Below, in pieces: positions 19,411 to 28,368 of a stretch of DNA of 55,715 bases. Position numbers and translations under genes: made by a program. Every line of letters starts with the position of its first letter. Position 1 is the first letter of the stretch. The DNA comes from Bacteroidales bacterium (GTDB lineage: Bacteria; Bacteroidota; Bacteroidia; Bacteroidales; Muribaculaceae): NCBI GenBank assembly GCA_014800785.1, contig JAAVFK010000008.1, positions 14,074 through 69,788 on the forward strand, given 5' to 3'. The notes beneath the pieces are model-generated. The model was not told the origin of the DNA. It saw nothing but the letters and a program-made list of their open reading frames with translations, and did not search any database.

Positions 19411-20544
19411 ATGAAACTCAAAGAACCTGTACGCATACGAGAAAGGGAGCTTGCCGGCGGCAATCGTTCTCTCTATCTCGATATATATTTCAACGGCCGC
19501 CGACACTATGAATTTTTGAAACTATACCTGATCCCCGAGACTGATCGGCGAAGCCGTCAGACAAATGCGGACACACTGGCACTTGCACAGAGGATCAAAA
19601 GCGAACGCATCCTCGAACTCCAGGAGAACCGGTTCAACTATAAGACTCGCCGGGGGGTAGGACTGTTGAAGTATTTCGACAAGCTCACAGAGGACAAGCG
19701 AGCGGAGGTATGTAGTACAACTGCAACCCTGTGGAGAAATACCCGAAATCATCTAATCCGTTTTCTCGCCGGTAAAGATATTCCGTTGACGAAGATAGAC
19801 GCCGAGTGGCTCCGGGCCTTCCAAAAATACCTGAAGCATGACGCAATCAGTTACGAGTCCAGATATAGAAAATATCAGGACCGAGAGACGCCGCGGCTTG
19901 GGCCCAGCACCGCCGCTTTGTACTATCAGAAACTGTGTGCATGTCTCAATGATGCCGAGAAGAACGGCCTTCTCGATGCCAATCCTGTAAAGCGGGTAAA
20001 AGCGTTGGAGATGCCCGAGGGACACCGCAACTACCTGACGATAGAGGAACTGCGCACACTGATTGAAACACCTATTGAAGACAACCGAGTTCGGAGAATG
20101 TTCCTTTTTTCGTGTCTTACAGGCCTCCGATGGTCAGATATCCGGAACATGAAATGGGGACAGCTGACCGAAACATCGGGAATGATTCGTTATAATTTCA
20201 TACAACAGAAAACACGGAAAACCGAATATCTGGACCTTAACCCTCAGGTTACCGAGTTACTCGGGCGGCGACGTGACCCCGAATGCACTGTTTTCGATAA
20301 CATAACTAACAGCGTATTGAACAGCAAGCTCGCCCAGTGGGTTCTGAGAGCAGGGATAAAGAAGAGAATCACGTTTCACTGTGCCCGGCACACTTTCGCC
20401 GTCATGATGCTGACACTCGACACCGACATTTACACGATCTCGAAACTTCTCGGGCACCGGCAACTCGAGACAACACAGATCTACGCAAAGATTGTGGACT
20501 CAAAGAAACGGGCTGCAGTCAACAGGATTCCTGATCTTCTATGA
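19411..20544 (+). CDS. int: site-specific tyrosine recombinase (phage integrase family)
   Basis: The C-terminal catalytic region is LTGLRWSDIRNM...HCARHTFAVMMLTL...LLGHRQLETTQIYAKI (R..HxxR..Y). The N-terminus is of the SAM-like/arm-binding type common in Bacteroidales integrases. Confidence 0.9.
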   Translation: MKLKEPVRIRERELAGGNRSLYLDIYFNGRRHYEFLKLYLIPETDRRSRQTNADTLALAQRIKSERILELQENRFNYKTRRGVGLLKYFDKLTEDKRAEVCSTTATLWRNTRNHLIRFLAGKDIPLTKIDAEWLRAFQKYLKHDAISYESRYRKYQDRETPRLGPSTAALYYQKLCACLNDAEKNGLLDANPVKRVKALEMPEGHRNYLTIEELRTLIETPIEDNRVRRMFLFSCLTGLRWSDIRNMKWGQLTETSGMIRYNFIQQKTRKTEYLDLNPQVTELLGRRRDPECTVFDNITNSVLNSKLAQWVLRAGIKKRITFHCARHTFAVMMLTLDTDIYTISKLLGHRQLETTQIYAKIVDSKKRAAVNRIPDLL

Positions 20545-22363
20545 TCGGGTAGAAGTCACCCTTGAGCAGTGCCGACCTTCCCGACTCCGAGAAACTCGCG
20601 GTTATTTTCTCGCAGACGTAGCGCTTTCCACGAATGACAAAAACCGACCGCACATCCGGAACCGAAGAAGACAACCACCTGAAAGTGGTTTTCATCTTCG
20701 GTTCGATTTTGTTTATAATCCTTGATCTTGCGGAGTTTCTGTCGTTCAGACGCAATGAGAAATGAGCGAAACCGAAATTTTCCCAATCGTCCGAGATCAT
20801 GATGTTCTCCACGGCCGGAGCCGGCAACAATGGCTCCTTGTTGAAAAATCGCGATCCATCATACCACCCCACGAAAATACGGTCGAAAAACTCCGTCTTT
20901 TTCTCCTTCTCTCCTGCTTCGAGAGTCAGAACCGAGAACGGCTTTTGATAATTGAGAAACTTCTCCTCGTCGTCATCTTCCTTAACGTCGTCGTCATCAT
21001 TCGCCGAAAGCGACAGAAAGAGAATCCGACCGTACTTTTTTTCCGTCTCATCTATTCGTGCCGGCACGAACTCGATCTCCTCCTTAGGTGCGTCGTCACT
21101 CTCGTTGACGATCCGGCCACCGAAAAGATTAACCGGGCGTAGCCTGCTCGGAAAATACCAGAGTATTCTGTCGAAAAGATCATCCACCCCGCGCAATATC
21201 CTGTCATACGGTTCTACGGCAAAATAAGCATCACAATCGGCGGCATAAAATAACTTCTCGATTCTTCCTCCCCGGAGATGCTCACCGTTCCACATCCGGA
21301 ACCCCTTATTGGCCGCTATAAGCTCGGCAAGCGTGTCATAACACACGACGCGGTCCGAGTCCTTCCATGCGCTGATGAACCAATCGCACGAGTACCACTT
21401 CCACGTTGCGTTATCGCAATCCTTATAAACGAGGTTTGTCACCTCCCTGTACTTGCACTCCGTCTCATCGTCGGCCACGTCCGACGAATGTTCCTCCGTT
21501 ACATTTTCCAGACAAACCGGTTTCTTGTCCTCCAGGATATCGGCTGTGAAACGGAAGTCTATATGTTTAGCCCGGTGATCGAACTCGAACTCACCCCCCA
21601 TAAAGAGTTCCAGTTTGCGGAAATACTCCTCAACTGTCCAACGAGGCAGAGCGTTTGCAAACTCCGGCATTGCCCAGGCTGCCGGGAGTGTGTTGCACAC
21701 CAACAGCCACCGGTGCTCTTCCGACTGCTCCCATGGTGAAAGATTGACCGTATATCCCACGGCGTCGCAAATCTGCCTGGTAAGCCAAAGCAGATAAGGC
21801 TGCCATGACAAACCGGTGCATTTTTTTTCATTCCATACATAATGGCCCTTGTGCTGTGAAGCATCATCAACGACGTATTCGGCCAGATTCTGAATATTTC
21901 CTGAATAATCGTTGACCCATGGTAACGCCACGAATCTACCGTCTGAGGTTTGAGGGTTCCACGCCTTTTCAGGTGTAATGGATGCTGTTCGAGTCGCCTC
22001 CGGTTCTCCGAGTGGAAGATCGTTAATAAAAATAGTATCGAAGGTCTTGTCAAAATTCTGTTCCGACCGACCCTCCAGAAACTGCCCTTGAACTTCCGAC
22101 TCCGAAATGCCGGTTATCGTCAGCACGCCGGACTTTACGAAATTGATGTCTGCAATCTCGCAATCGAACCTCAATTTGTCCGCTAACACATCTGCGCGGT
22201 TCACATGGCCGAAAATCGCCAGATTTTCCGGACACCCGCGCAACGGGAAAGTAATAGAAAGCGTGTAGGCGTCAGAATCGGAGAACATCCGGTTTTCTGA
22301 TACGTAATCGAACGACGAGCCCTTCTTGAGCACTGCCTGCGCTCCATTGATTCTGATCTGCAT
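20519..22363 (-). CDS. phage structural protein downstream of the tape measure (distal-tail/host-recognition candidate), function unassigned
   Basis: 614-aa ORF whose ATG overlaps the tape-measure stop (TAATG). No motif was recognised, so the call is from position only. Confidence 0.55.
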   Translation of the reverse strand: MQIRINGAQAVLKKGSSFDYVSENRMFSDSDAYTLSITFPLRGCPENLAIFGHVNRADVLADKLRFDCEIADINFVKSGVLTITGISESEVQGQFLEGRSEQNFDKTFDTIFINDLPLGEPEATRTASITPEKAWNPQTSDGRFVALPWVNDYSGNIQNLAEYVVDDASQHKGHYVWNEKKCTGLSWQPYLLWLTRQICDAVGYTVNLSPWEQSEEHRWLLVCNTLPAAWAMPEFANALPRWTVEEYFRKLELFMGGEFEFDHRAKHIDFRFTADILEDKKPVCLENVTEEHSSDVADDETECKYREVTNLVYKDCDNATWKWYSCDWFISAWKDSDRVVCYDTLAELIAANKGFRMWNGEHLRGGRIEKLFYAADCDAYFAVEPYDRILRGVDDLFDRILWYFPSRLRPVNLFGGRIVNESDDAPKEEIEFVPARIDETEKKYGRILFLSLSANDDDDVKEDDDEEKFLNYQKPFSVLTLEAGEKEKKTEFFDRIFVGWYDGSRFFNKEPLLPAPAVENIMISDDWENFGFAHFSLRLNDRNSARSRIINKIEPKMKTTFRWLSSSVPDVRSVFVIRGKRYVCEKITASFSESGRSALLKGDFYPIIEDQESC

Positions 22364-25300
22364 TATTTTTTAAATTTAGGTGACTTGTTTTTCATCAAGC
22401 GCTCGTAGGCCTCCTGCGCCTTCTTGGTTCCGAGATCACCCGTTACCGTGTTGACCGTCACAAACGGCTCGTTCAGTCGATCATTGAGCCTGTCGAGCAC
22501 TGCGAGCATCCTGCGGTTCTCCGTAGGATCTGCGCCACTATTGTAATTATTTGTAACAACAGCCTGCGTTTTCTCCGGCCGCGATGCGAGAACAACGGGC
22601 GTGGTAATCGAACGCGACACATCATCCGGAGATATCGACCCGATCGTGTTCGTGCGCTGGGCGTAGTCGAGCGCCTCAAGCATTGGGCGGATGCGTGGGT
22701 TCTTCGTCAGCTTCTGCGAGGCCACCCATTCCCCAGCATGGACGACGCCCGCCTCACGGTCAGCCGGGCCGTCGGGTGTAAAACCGCCCGACATGTATCC
22801 TTGAGAAGCGGATGCCTGCTGTTGCTTCTTGATGGCAGCGACCTGTAACATACCGGCCGCTACGGCCATACTCGCCGCAATAGGCGCGAGGACATGACCC
22901 ACCACAGGGATAGCCGCAGCCGAACCGTAAGCGTTAATCGCGTTCGTTGCGGTCTGTGCTATAGCCTGAATAACCTGCATGGCGAACATCTTCCGGTTCG
23001 CCTCGTTCTTGGCCTTGGCAATCTCCTTTTCTTTCTGCTCCTCAAGTTTCCTGGTCTTATACGCGTTTCCTTCGGCTAAAGAAATTTCTGTGTCGTATCG
23101 CTTGGTGATCTGCGCCGTCAGACTCTCCAGATCCGCCTGCATCATGGACGTTGCCTGTGAGAATATTTCCGACATACCCGAACCGATCACCTGCATTGAG
23201 CCGACAAGAGCCTTTCCACCGTCGGACTGCAACCACTCGGCAGACTTTGCAATTATATTCTTATTGTCTGCCGCTTCCGCTTGGTTGTACTTCTTCTGAA
23301 GAGCAAGTTTGGCGATCTGGTACGCTTCCTCTATCTCCAGTTTCCGCGCGGCGTTATCTTCACATGCCGATAACTCCGCCTTATAGACTTCGTCGAGCAG
23401 TGCGAGCTCCGCCTGATAGTCGCGGTCGTTCTTCTCCTGAGGGAGCATGAAATCGCGCATCTTGTTAACCTGATCATCATGCGCCTTGGCGAGATCTGCG
23501 GCCTCCTTCCGCTCTCGTTCGGCTATCTGGTTTACCAAGGTTAAATAGGCGCTCTGAGCATCGAGATACTTTTTGTGCGCCTCCGGATCCGGTTCCCTTT
23601 CCTCGGTAGTTTCCGAGTGTCGGAAATAAAGGTCTTTTACTGAACCGAGATGTCGCACGTTCTCCTCCTCGGTCTTCTTGTTGTACTGTTCGGCTGTCAG
23701 AAGATTATCAGCCCATGCCTGTTGAATCTCGGTGAGCTGTTCGCGGTGATAGAGATCTTCTTCATCGATAGACTTTGCATTTGTGTCCTGCCTCTGCTTG
23801 GCCAATGCTTCCTCATATTTCGCCTGGTTCTCGATCCGTTCGCGGTTCGAGAGATCCTGACGCTTTAGAATCCTCTCATAATACTCTACGTTGATCCGGT
23901 CCAACTCGGCCGTATAATCGTAGGCCGAGTAAATATTTTTATTACCCTGCTCATCAACGGTGAGCCCCTGCGACTTCTTGATCAGAGCGAGAGCTTCCTG
24001 AATTGCTTTCCACTCTTTTTCTCTTGAGAACCGGTCCCCGGTCTTTGCTCCGCCGTCACCTTGGGGATCTACACCGTCTCCTAATTCGAGAGTCCCGTCT
24101 GTTTTGCTTGCCGGAGCTTCGCCCGCCCCACGGGTGTAGAGTTCCCATCGGATCTGATCAAGCCATTCTGTAACCTCATTGGCCGAAAGATTCTTTACCG
24201 TAGGATTCTGGCCGAGGTCTCCCCACAAAACACGCCCACCCTTTTTCTCGTCCGCGAGTTTCTGAAGCTCCGAGGCCTGCTTCTCCAGCCACTCAGTGTT
24301 CCAATTCATAAACGGCCGTTGTTCGCTCTGTATATCCTCAATGGCACCCATGGCCTCAGTGTGAGCACCCATAAGGGAGATCATGTCGTTGACGATCGCC
24401 GCCGGCGCTCGGTCCTCATTTTTGTTTCGTCTTCCCCAAAAATTGACCTTGCTGACCTGTTCGATCAGTTTTTTAGTCTCCGGGCTAAGAGTATTCGTAG
24501 TGGTCAGCTCGATGACTACTTTCTGTGAAAGTGCCGACGCCTCCCTAACATCTTTTCCCTCCTTCCGCAAGGATTCATATAGCTCGTTCTGAAAATCTCC
24601 CAACCCCTTGGAATATGACTCATCGGCCTGCTTGACGGCGTTATCGATCGCTCTCTGTTGAGCTGCATATCTGGCCATATTTCCGAGCCGGCGGTAGGCC
24701 TCCGCAAGATTTGTTATCTCTCCGCGCTCGTTGATCAGGCCTGACAGATATTGCCCATACTGCGAGATGATCTGCTGTTTGGCCATTTCATATTCCTTCG
24801 TGCCCTTCTTCGCTACATCGAGTTTGGCAAACAGCAAGTCTATCTGACGCTGTTCCTCCACGAGACCATCGGTAAAGTCTACCGCCGCTTTCTTTGCACC
24901 GGCGAAGGCCTCCGTAAATTTATCTGTTGCCTTGACTGCGTTTTTAATGATCATTACCAGCGTGGCGAGAACCGAAACGACGAGACCGATTGCATTTGTC
25001 TTCATCGCTTGATTCAGAAACGTAAACGCTGTTCCTGCCGCTTTCAACCCATGCGTGAACGCTATAACGACTACTTCGCACAGACCGACGGCATACTTGA
25101 ATAAACCGACGGCCTTAGTGCCGAGAGTGACGGCGGCCGTCCATGCGAGTTGCAGACCCTTGGCAATTCCGATGGCGGCATAATAAGAGCCGATTGCAAC
25201 CGTCAGGGTGACAATCTCCTTGCGGTATGAAATAAAGAAACCCACCATTGCCGAGAGAGCCTTCAACATCAGAGTCGACGAAGAAATCATCATACTCATC

Positions 25301-26712
25301 ACCGGCTGCAACTTCTCGCCGAGTTCGACCGATAGCTCCTTCACGCTTTTTTTCGCCTTGTCGAGGCTTGCCTGTACCGTATTGTTCTGTACTTCAAATT
25401 CATTGTCAATCGAGATTGCATCTCTGAATGCTTCATTGGCCACCTCCTGCTGGCTTTTCACGTCCGCGATATGATTCGCGAGAGTTGAAAGTGTGGAAAT
25501 TGCACGCGATCCGTTCTCTCCCATATCCCTGAACATAGGAGAGAGCACGTCCATTTTGCCGGCCTGTTTCAGCGTCTCCAACAATTCGATCAGAGCCGAG
25601 TTCATATCCTCCTTGACAAGAGCCGAGAACTTCTGCACATCCATGCCCGCCACCCTGGCATACTTCGCCGGATCCTGATAGATTCGCACGATCACCTGCG
25701 AGAGAGCCGTCGCCGACGCTTCGAGGTTTTGATTATTCGAGTCAAGAACCGCCGCGAACGCCATAATCTGTTGTACTGTCATTCCCGCCTGCGCGCCGAC
25801 ACCACCCATGCGAGACGCAAAATCGGCGATGTAGGGTGCCGATGCAGAGCAGTTCTGTGAAAGCTCATTTATCACAGAACCGACCGAGAGGAGCGCCTTT
25901 TCAGTCCCCAAACGTTGTTCATCACCAAAAATTCCCGTGAGTTTCGATAGCGTGAGTGTCGCTCCCGATCCGAGATCATCGAGAGCTACGTTTATTTTGT
26001 CGGCCGCGCGGACGAACCCGAGGACGTCCTCCTGCGAAGTCTTACCGAGACGGCCCGCCTCCTGGGCCAACTGGTTTAATTCTTCCCTGGAGGTGCGCGT
26101 GTCCATCTTCTTGAACTCCTCGTTTAGCGCGCCGACCTGCGACTCAGTCATGCCTGTAAATTTCCTGACGTTTGCCATCTCCTGTTCCATTTCGGCAAAA
26201 GCATTTACGGCTGATCTTCCAGCCACCACAAGACCGGTTATAACAGCGACTGCGCTTGTTATGGCCAATTGGTATTTCTCCCAGTGGCCATTGATCTTAT
26301 CCCAAAAAGATTTATCCGGATTCATCGAATCATTAAGAGACTCCATCTCGGCTCTCACTGCCTTAATTTTTGCTATCTGAGCATCCCAAGCCTTAGAGCC
26401 TCTTTCAATTCCATTTAGTTCATTTTTCAGCTGAGAGAGTGCTTTATTCAGTTCACGTGGGGATGCTCTATTGATATTTTTAAGCGTCTCCTCGGTCTTC
26501 TTCCCGCTATTTGTAACCGCATTAATCGAATTCTCGACAGTCTTCAGCTCTCTCGAGAGCTGTTTCATTCTGACCTTATTCCCTGCCTGAGCTGCTGCGT
26601 CCATCTGCTGCTGAAGGCTCTGCGCCTTCTGGCGCAAAGCGTCGAGCATAGACTTCGCTTGATTTCCGTTAACGGAAATTACAACGGATGCTTTAGTAAC
26701 TGAATTTGCCAT
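22363..26712 (-). CDS. tail tape measure protein
   Basis: 1449 aa with a coiled-coil N-terminus and a TP901-type TMP core (FTGMTESQVGALNEEFKKMDTRTSREELNQLAQEAGRLG...ASRMGGVGAQAGMTVQQIMAFAAVLDS). Central hydrophobic segments and a long Glu/Lys/Ala-rich helical region follow. Confidence 0.9.
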   Translation of the reverse strand: MANSVTKASVVISVNGNQAKSMLDALRQKAQSLQQQMDAAAQAGNKVRMKQLSRELKTVENSINAVTNSGKKTEETLKNINRASPRELNKALSQLKNELNGIERGSKAWDAQIAKIKAVRAEMESLNDSMNPDKSFWDKINGHWEKYQLAITSAVAVITGLVVAGRSAVNAFAEMEQEMANVRKFTGMTESQVGALNEEFKKMDTRTSREELNQLAQEAGRLGKTSQEDVLGFVRAADKINVALDDLGSGATLTLSKLTGIFGDEQRLGTEKALLSVGSVINELSQNCSASAPYIADFASRMGGVGAQAGMTVQQIMAFAAVLDSNNQNLEASATALSQVIVRIYQDPAKYARVAGMDVQKFSALVKEDMNSALIELLETLKQAGKMDVLSPMFRDMGENGSRAISTLSTLANHIADVKSQQEVANEAFRDAISIDNEFEVQNNTVQASLDKAKKSVKELSVELGEKLQPVMSMMISSSTLMLKALSAMVGFFISYRKEIVTLTVAIGSYYAAIGIAKGLQLAWTAAVTLGTKAVGLFKYAVGLCEVVVIAFTHGLKAAGTAFTFLNQAMKTNAIGLVVSVLATLVMIIKNAVKATDKFTEAFAGAKKAAVDFTDGLVEEQRQIDLLFAKLDVAKKGTKEYEMAKQQIISQYGQYLSGLINERGEITNLAEAYRRLGNMARYAAQQRAIDNAVKQADESYSKGLGDFQNELYESLRKEGKDVREASALSQKVVIELTTTNTLSPETKKLIEQVSKVNFWGRRNKNEDRAPAAIVNDMISLMGAHTEAMGAIEDIQSEQRPFMNWNTEWLEKQASELQKLADEKKGGRVLWGDLGQNPTVKNLSANEVTEWLDQIRWELYTRGAGEAPASKTDGTLELGDGVDPQGDGGAKTGDRFSREKEWKAIQEALALIKKSQGLTVDEQGNKNIYSAYDYTAELDRINVEYYERILKRQDLSNRERIENQAKYEEALAKQRQDTNAKSIDEEDLYHREQLTEIQQAWADNLLTAEQYNKKTEEENVRHLGSVKDLYFRHSETTEEREPDPEAHKKYLDAQSAYLTLVNQIAERERKEAADLAKAHDDQVNKMRDFMLPQEKNDRDYQAELALLDEVYKAELSACEDNAARKLEIEEAYQIAKLALQKKYNQAEAADNKNIIAKSAEWLQSDGGKALVGSMQVIGSGMSEIFSQATSMMQADLESLTAQITKRYDTEISLAEGNAYKTRKLEEQKEKEIAKAKNEANRKMFAMQVIQAIAQTATNAINAYGSAAAIPVVGHVLAPIAASMAVAAGMLQVAAIKKQQQASASQGYMSGGFTPDGPADREAGVVHAGEWVASQKLTKNPRIRPMLEALDYAQRTNTIGSISPDDVSRSITTPVVLASRPEKTQAVVTNNYNSGADPTENRRMLAVLDRLNDRLNEPFVTVNTVTGDLGTKKAQEAYERLMKNKSPKFKK

Positions 26713-26730
26713 ATCTCAAAATTTTTATGG

Positions 26731-26738
26731 CAAATGTA
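26731..26738 (-). promoter_or_regulatory. -7 box TACATTTG directly upstream of the tape measure gene
   Basis: The reverse complement of CAAATGTA matches TAnnTTTG, about 20 nt upstream of the ATG at 26712. Confidence 0.45.
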
Positions 26739-26810
26739 AGCCAACGACTAAATAAAGAAAAGGACGATACACGCTCTCGTGTCTCCCAATCCGGATAAAG
26801 AAATCTTGCG

Positions 26811-26840
26811 AAAGTCGGCATCCCGAAAGATGCCGACTTT
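26811..26840 (-). terminator. intrinsic terminator after the 43-aa ORF
   Basis: 12-bp stem AAAGTCGGCATC/GATGCCGACTTT with loop CCGAAA. It lies between the small ORF stop (26851) and the TMP promoter box. Confidence 0.55.
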
Positions 26841-26850
26841 CTGAGAGGGC

Positions 26851-26982
26851 TTACATCGTGAAGCCGAGGAAATACCCTATCCACAGGGCACCGAAGAACA
26901 GCGCAACGGCCATGGCGCAAACCACGATGAAGCCGAGCACGTTTGCGGCAGTGATAGCCGCCTCAATGATTTTTTTTCTCAT
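26851..26982 (-). CDS. small hydrophobic protein (43 aa), not in the supplied ORF track
   Basis: ATG..TAA reads MRKKIIEAAITAANVLGFIVVCAMAVALFFGALWIGYFLGFTM, with one or two TM segments. It is followed by its own terminator. Confidence 0.4.
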   Translation of the reverse strand: MRKKIIEAAITAANVLGFIVVCAMAVALFFGALWIGYFLGFTM

Positions 26983-27076
26983 TGCATTTATTAATTAGTT
27001 AATTAAAAATATTCCCCTACATTCCCTCCGATTGCGCGAAAATGATTAATTTTACAGCGCATTTATTAATTAGTTT

Positions 27077-27118
27077 ACTGGCAACATGCTCGTGAGAGTG
27101 GTGGTTGCCAGTTTTTTT
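27077..27118 (+). terminator. terminator-like hairpin with T-run on the + strand (orphan)
   Basis: Stem ACTGGCAAC/GTTGCCAGT (27077-27085/27104-27112) followed by TTTTTT. No + strand gene lies upstream. Confidence 0.45.
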
Positions 27119-27136
27119 GTGTCCGTTTTCTGAATA

Positions 27137-27144
27137 CAAAGATA
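27137..27144 (-). promoter_or_regulatory. candidate -7 box TATCTTTG inside the non-coding gap
   Basis: The reverse complement of CAAAGATA matches TAnnTTTG. It would drive the 43-aa ORF through a ~150-nt structured leader. Confidence 0.35.
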
Positions 27145-27680
27145 CAAATTAATTCACACATATACAAGTAAATAGCTAAGAAATTAGCGCAAACGCAGTT
27201 GTAAAATATATGTTTTACAACATATATTTTTCAAGTAAAAACAAGTTCAAAACAACCGACCGCCAACGCTTATTAGAAGAAGTAAAGGGGTGCGAAATTT
27301 AACACGCTGAAATTCAGCGTGTGGGGTTTGTAAGGGGGCCGTGCCCCCTTACTGCTGTCTGCAAAGACCCCCCACCGCCCTAAATTGTGATTCAATGCGC
27401 TACTCTTCCCCTTGCGGAATATGCAAACACATATTCTGCAAATAATTGCATAATAAAATAAAATTTCTCGGCAAGCAATTAAATAAAACACATGGGTTAG
27501 CACGATGCCCCACACGCTCCATCTCGGCCAGCATCGGCGGTGCTGGCCCTCCGTGAGAGGGTCAGCACAAATTAACCTTATTCCTATTATTTTACTTTCA
27601 TTGCAAATATTTTTTGCATTGATGTTGATTTTTTATCCCAGCGGTGGTGAGCCTCCGAACGGAAATTTTAATTTTCGATC

Positions 27681-27966
27681 GGAGGCGTGACTGGTGGTAA
27701 TTTCCGTGCTCATGGCCCTGGCTCGATTCGGAGGGTACGGAAAGCGGCCCCGGGTGCTCGCACCGGGGGTTGCGGGTGCCCTCCGCGGCGGTGCGCAGCC
27801 TCGGGACCAGGGCGGAGCACGTTTCGGTCCGGAGGCGTGACTGGTGGTAATTTTTGTGCTCAAGACCCTGGCTCGATTCGGAGGGCACGGAAAGCGGCCC
27901 CGGGTGCTTGCACCGGGGGAGAGCGGGTGCCCTCCGCGTTGGTGCGCAGCCTCGGGACCGGGGCGT
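27681..27966. repeat. two head-to-tail ~150-nt G+C-rich repeat units
   Basis: Unit 1 is 27681-27830 and unit 2 is 27831-~27966. They differ by about a dozen substitutions and one 1-nt indel. Both start GGAGGCGTGACTGGTGGTAATTT. Confidence 0.9.
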
Positions 27967-28310
27967 GTGTAGCGCAGGCGGGACGTCACGGAGGCCGCGA
28001 CGTCCGGAGATGGCGTAGGGGCGGGGGAGCCGGAGACGGAGGCCGGAGGGAGGTCAGGCTGGCGCGGATTAAGGAACATGCGGCCCGGCTGTCCGAGGGT
28101 GTGACGAAAAGAAAGAAAAAAACAATGTAGTGAAGTGCATAGGCCCGCAGGGGCTTTGGGCTTCGCATTCCTATTGCCGGAAAGCGGTTGCCCTCAGGTC
28201 AGGCGGGGCGCATGTTCCCCGCGACGGCGGACCTTCCGGAGGCCGGAGGCGGAGTCGCCCCCGGACCTGCCATCGGAGGACAGTCGGGGCCGGAGTGACA
28301 GGCATGCCGG

Positions 28311-28367
28311 AGCGGAGCACGTTCCGGTCCGGAGGCGTGACTGGTGGTAATTTCCGTGCTCATGACC
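28311..28367. repeat. third copy of the repeat-unit junction
   Basis: AGCGGAGCACGTTCCGGTCCGGAGGCGTGACTGGTGGTAATTTCCGTGCTCATGACC matches 27811-27867. It ends 1 nt before the stop of the spanin-like gene. Confidence 0.9.
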
Positions 28368-28368
28368 T

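Larger units (their letters stand above)
27640..28368 (+). ncRNA. candidate structured non-coding RNA built from the tandem units (strand tentative)
   Basis: Helices paired by hand are 27715-21/27807-13, 27729-38/27776-85, hairpin 27748-68 and 27815-21/27855-61. Equivalent helices occur in unit 2. Three copy-to-copy substitutions are G.U-compatible only on the + strand. No plausible ORF is present. Confidence 0.3.

Noticed and set aside
27681-27966. Diversity-generating retroelement (TR/VR pair) as an explanation for the ~150-nt repeats.
   Set aside because: No reverse transcriptase gene exists in the prophage. Neither copy lies at the 3' end of a target gene. The substitutions between copies are not adenine-specific (C to T, T to A, G to A, T to C and A to G are all seen).
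27633-28130. Listed ORFs 27633..28079 (-, 148 aa) and 27687..28130 (+, 147 aa), plus 28130..28372 and 28135..28350, which span the G+C-rich repeats.
   Set aside because: The translations are Arg/Pro/Gly/Ala-rich low complexity on both strands at once, as expected from G+C-rich non-coding DNA. The tandem units differ by a 1-nt indel, so no frame is preserved across copies. No start context or promoter is present.
27681-28367. CRISPR array or hammerhead-type ribozyme array.
   Set aside because: The units are directly abutting, with no unique spacers, and are far longer than CRISPR repeats. I could not find the CUGANGA...GAAA hammerhead core with an intervening stem on either strand. Other ribozyme classes cannot be excluded by eye.
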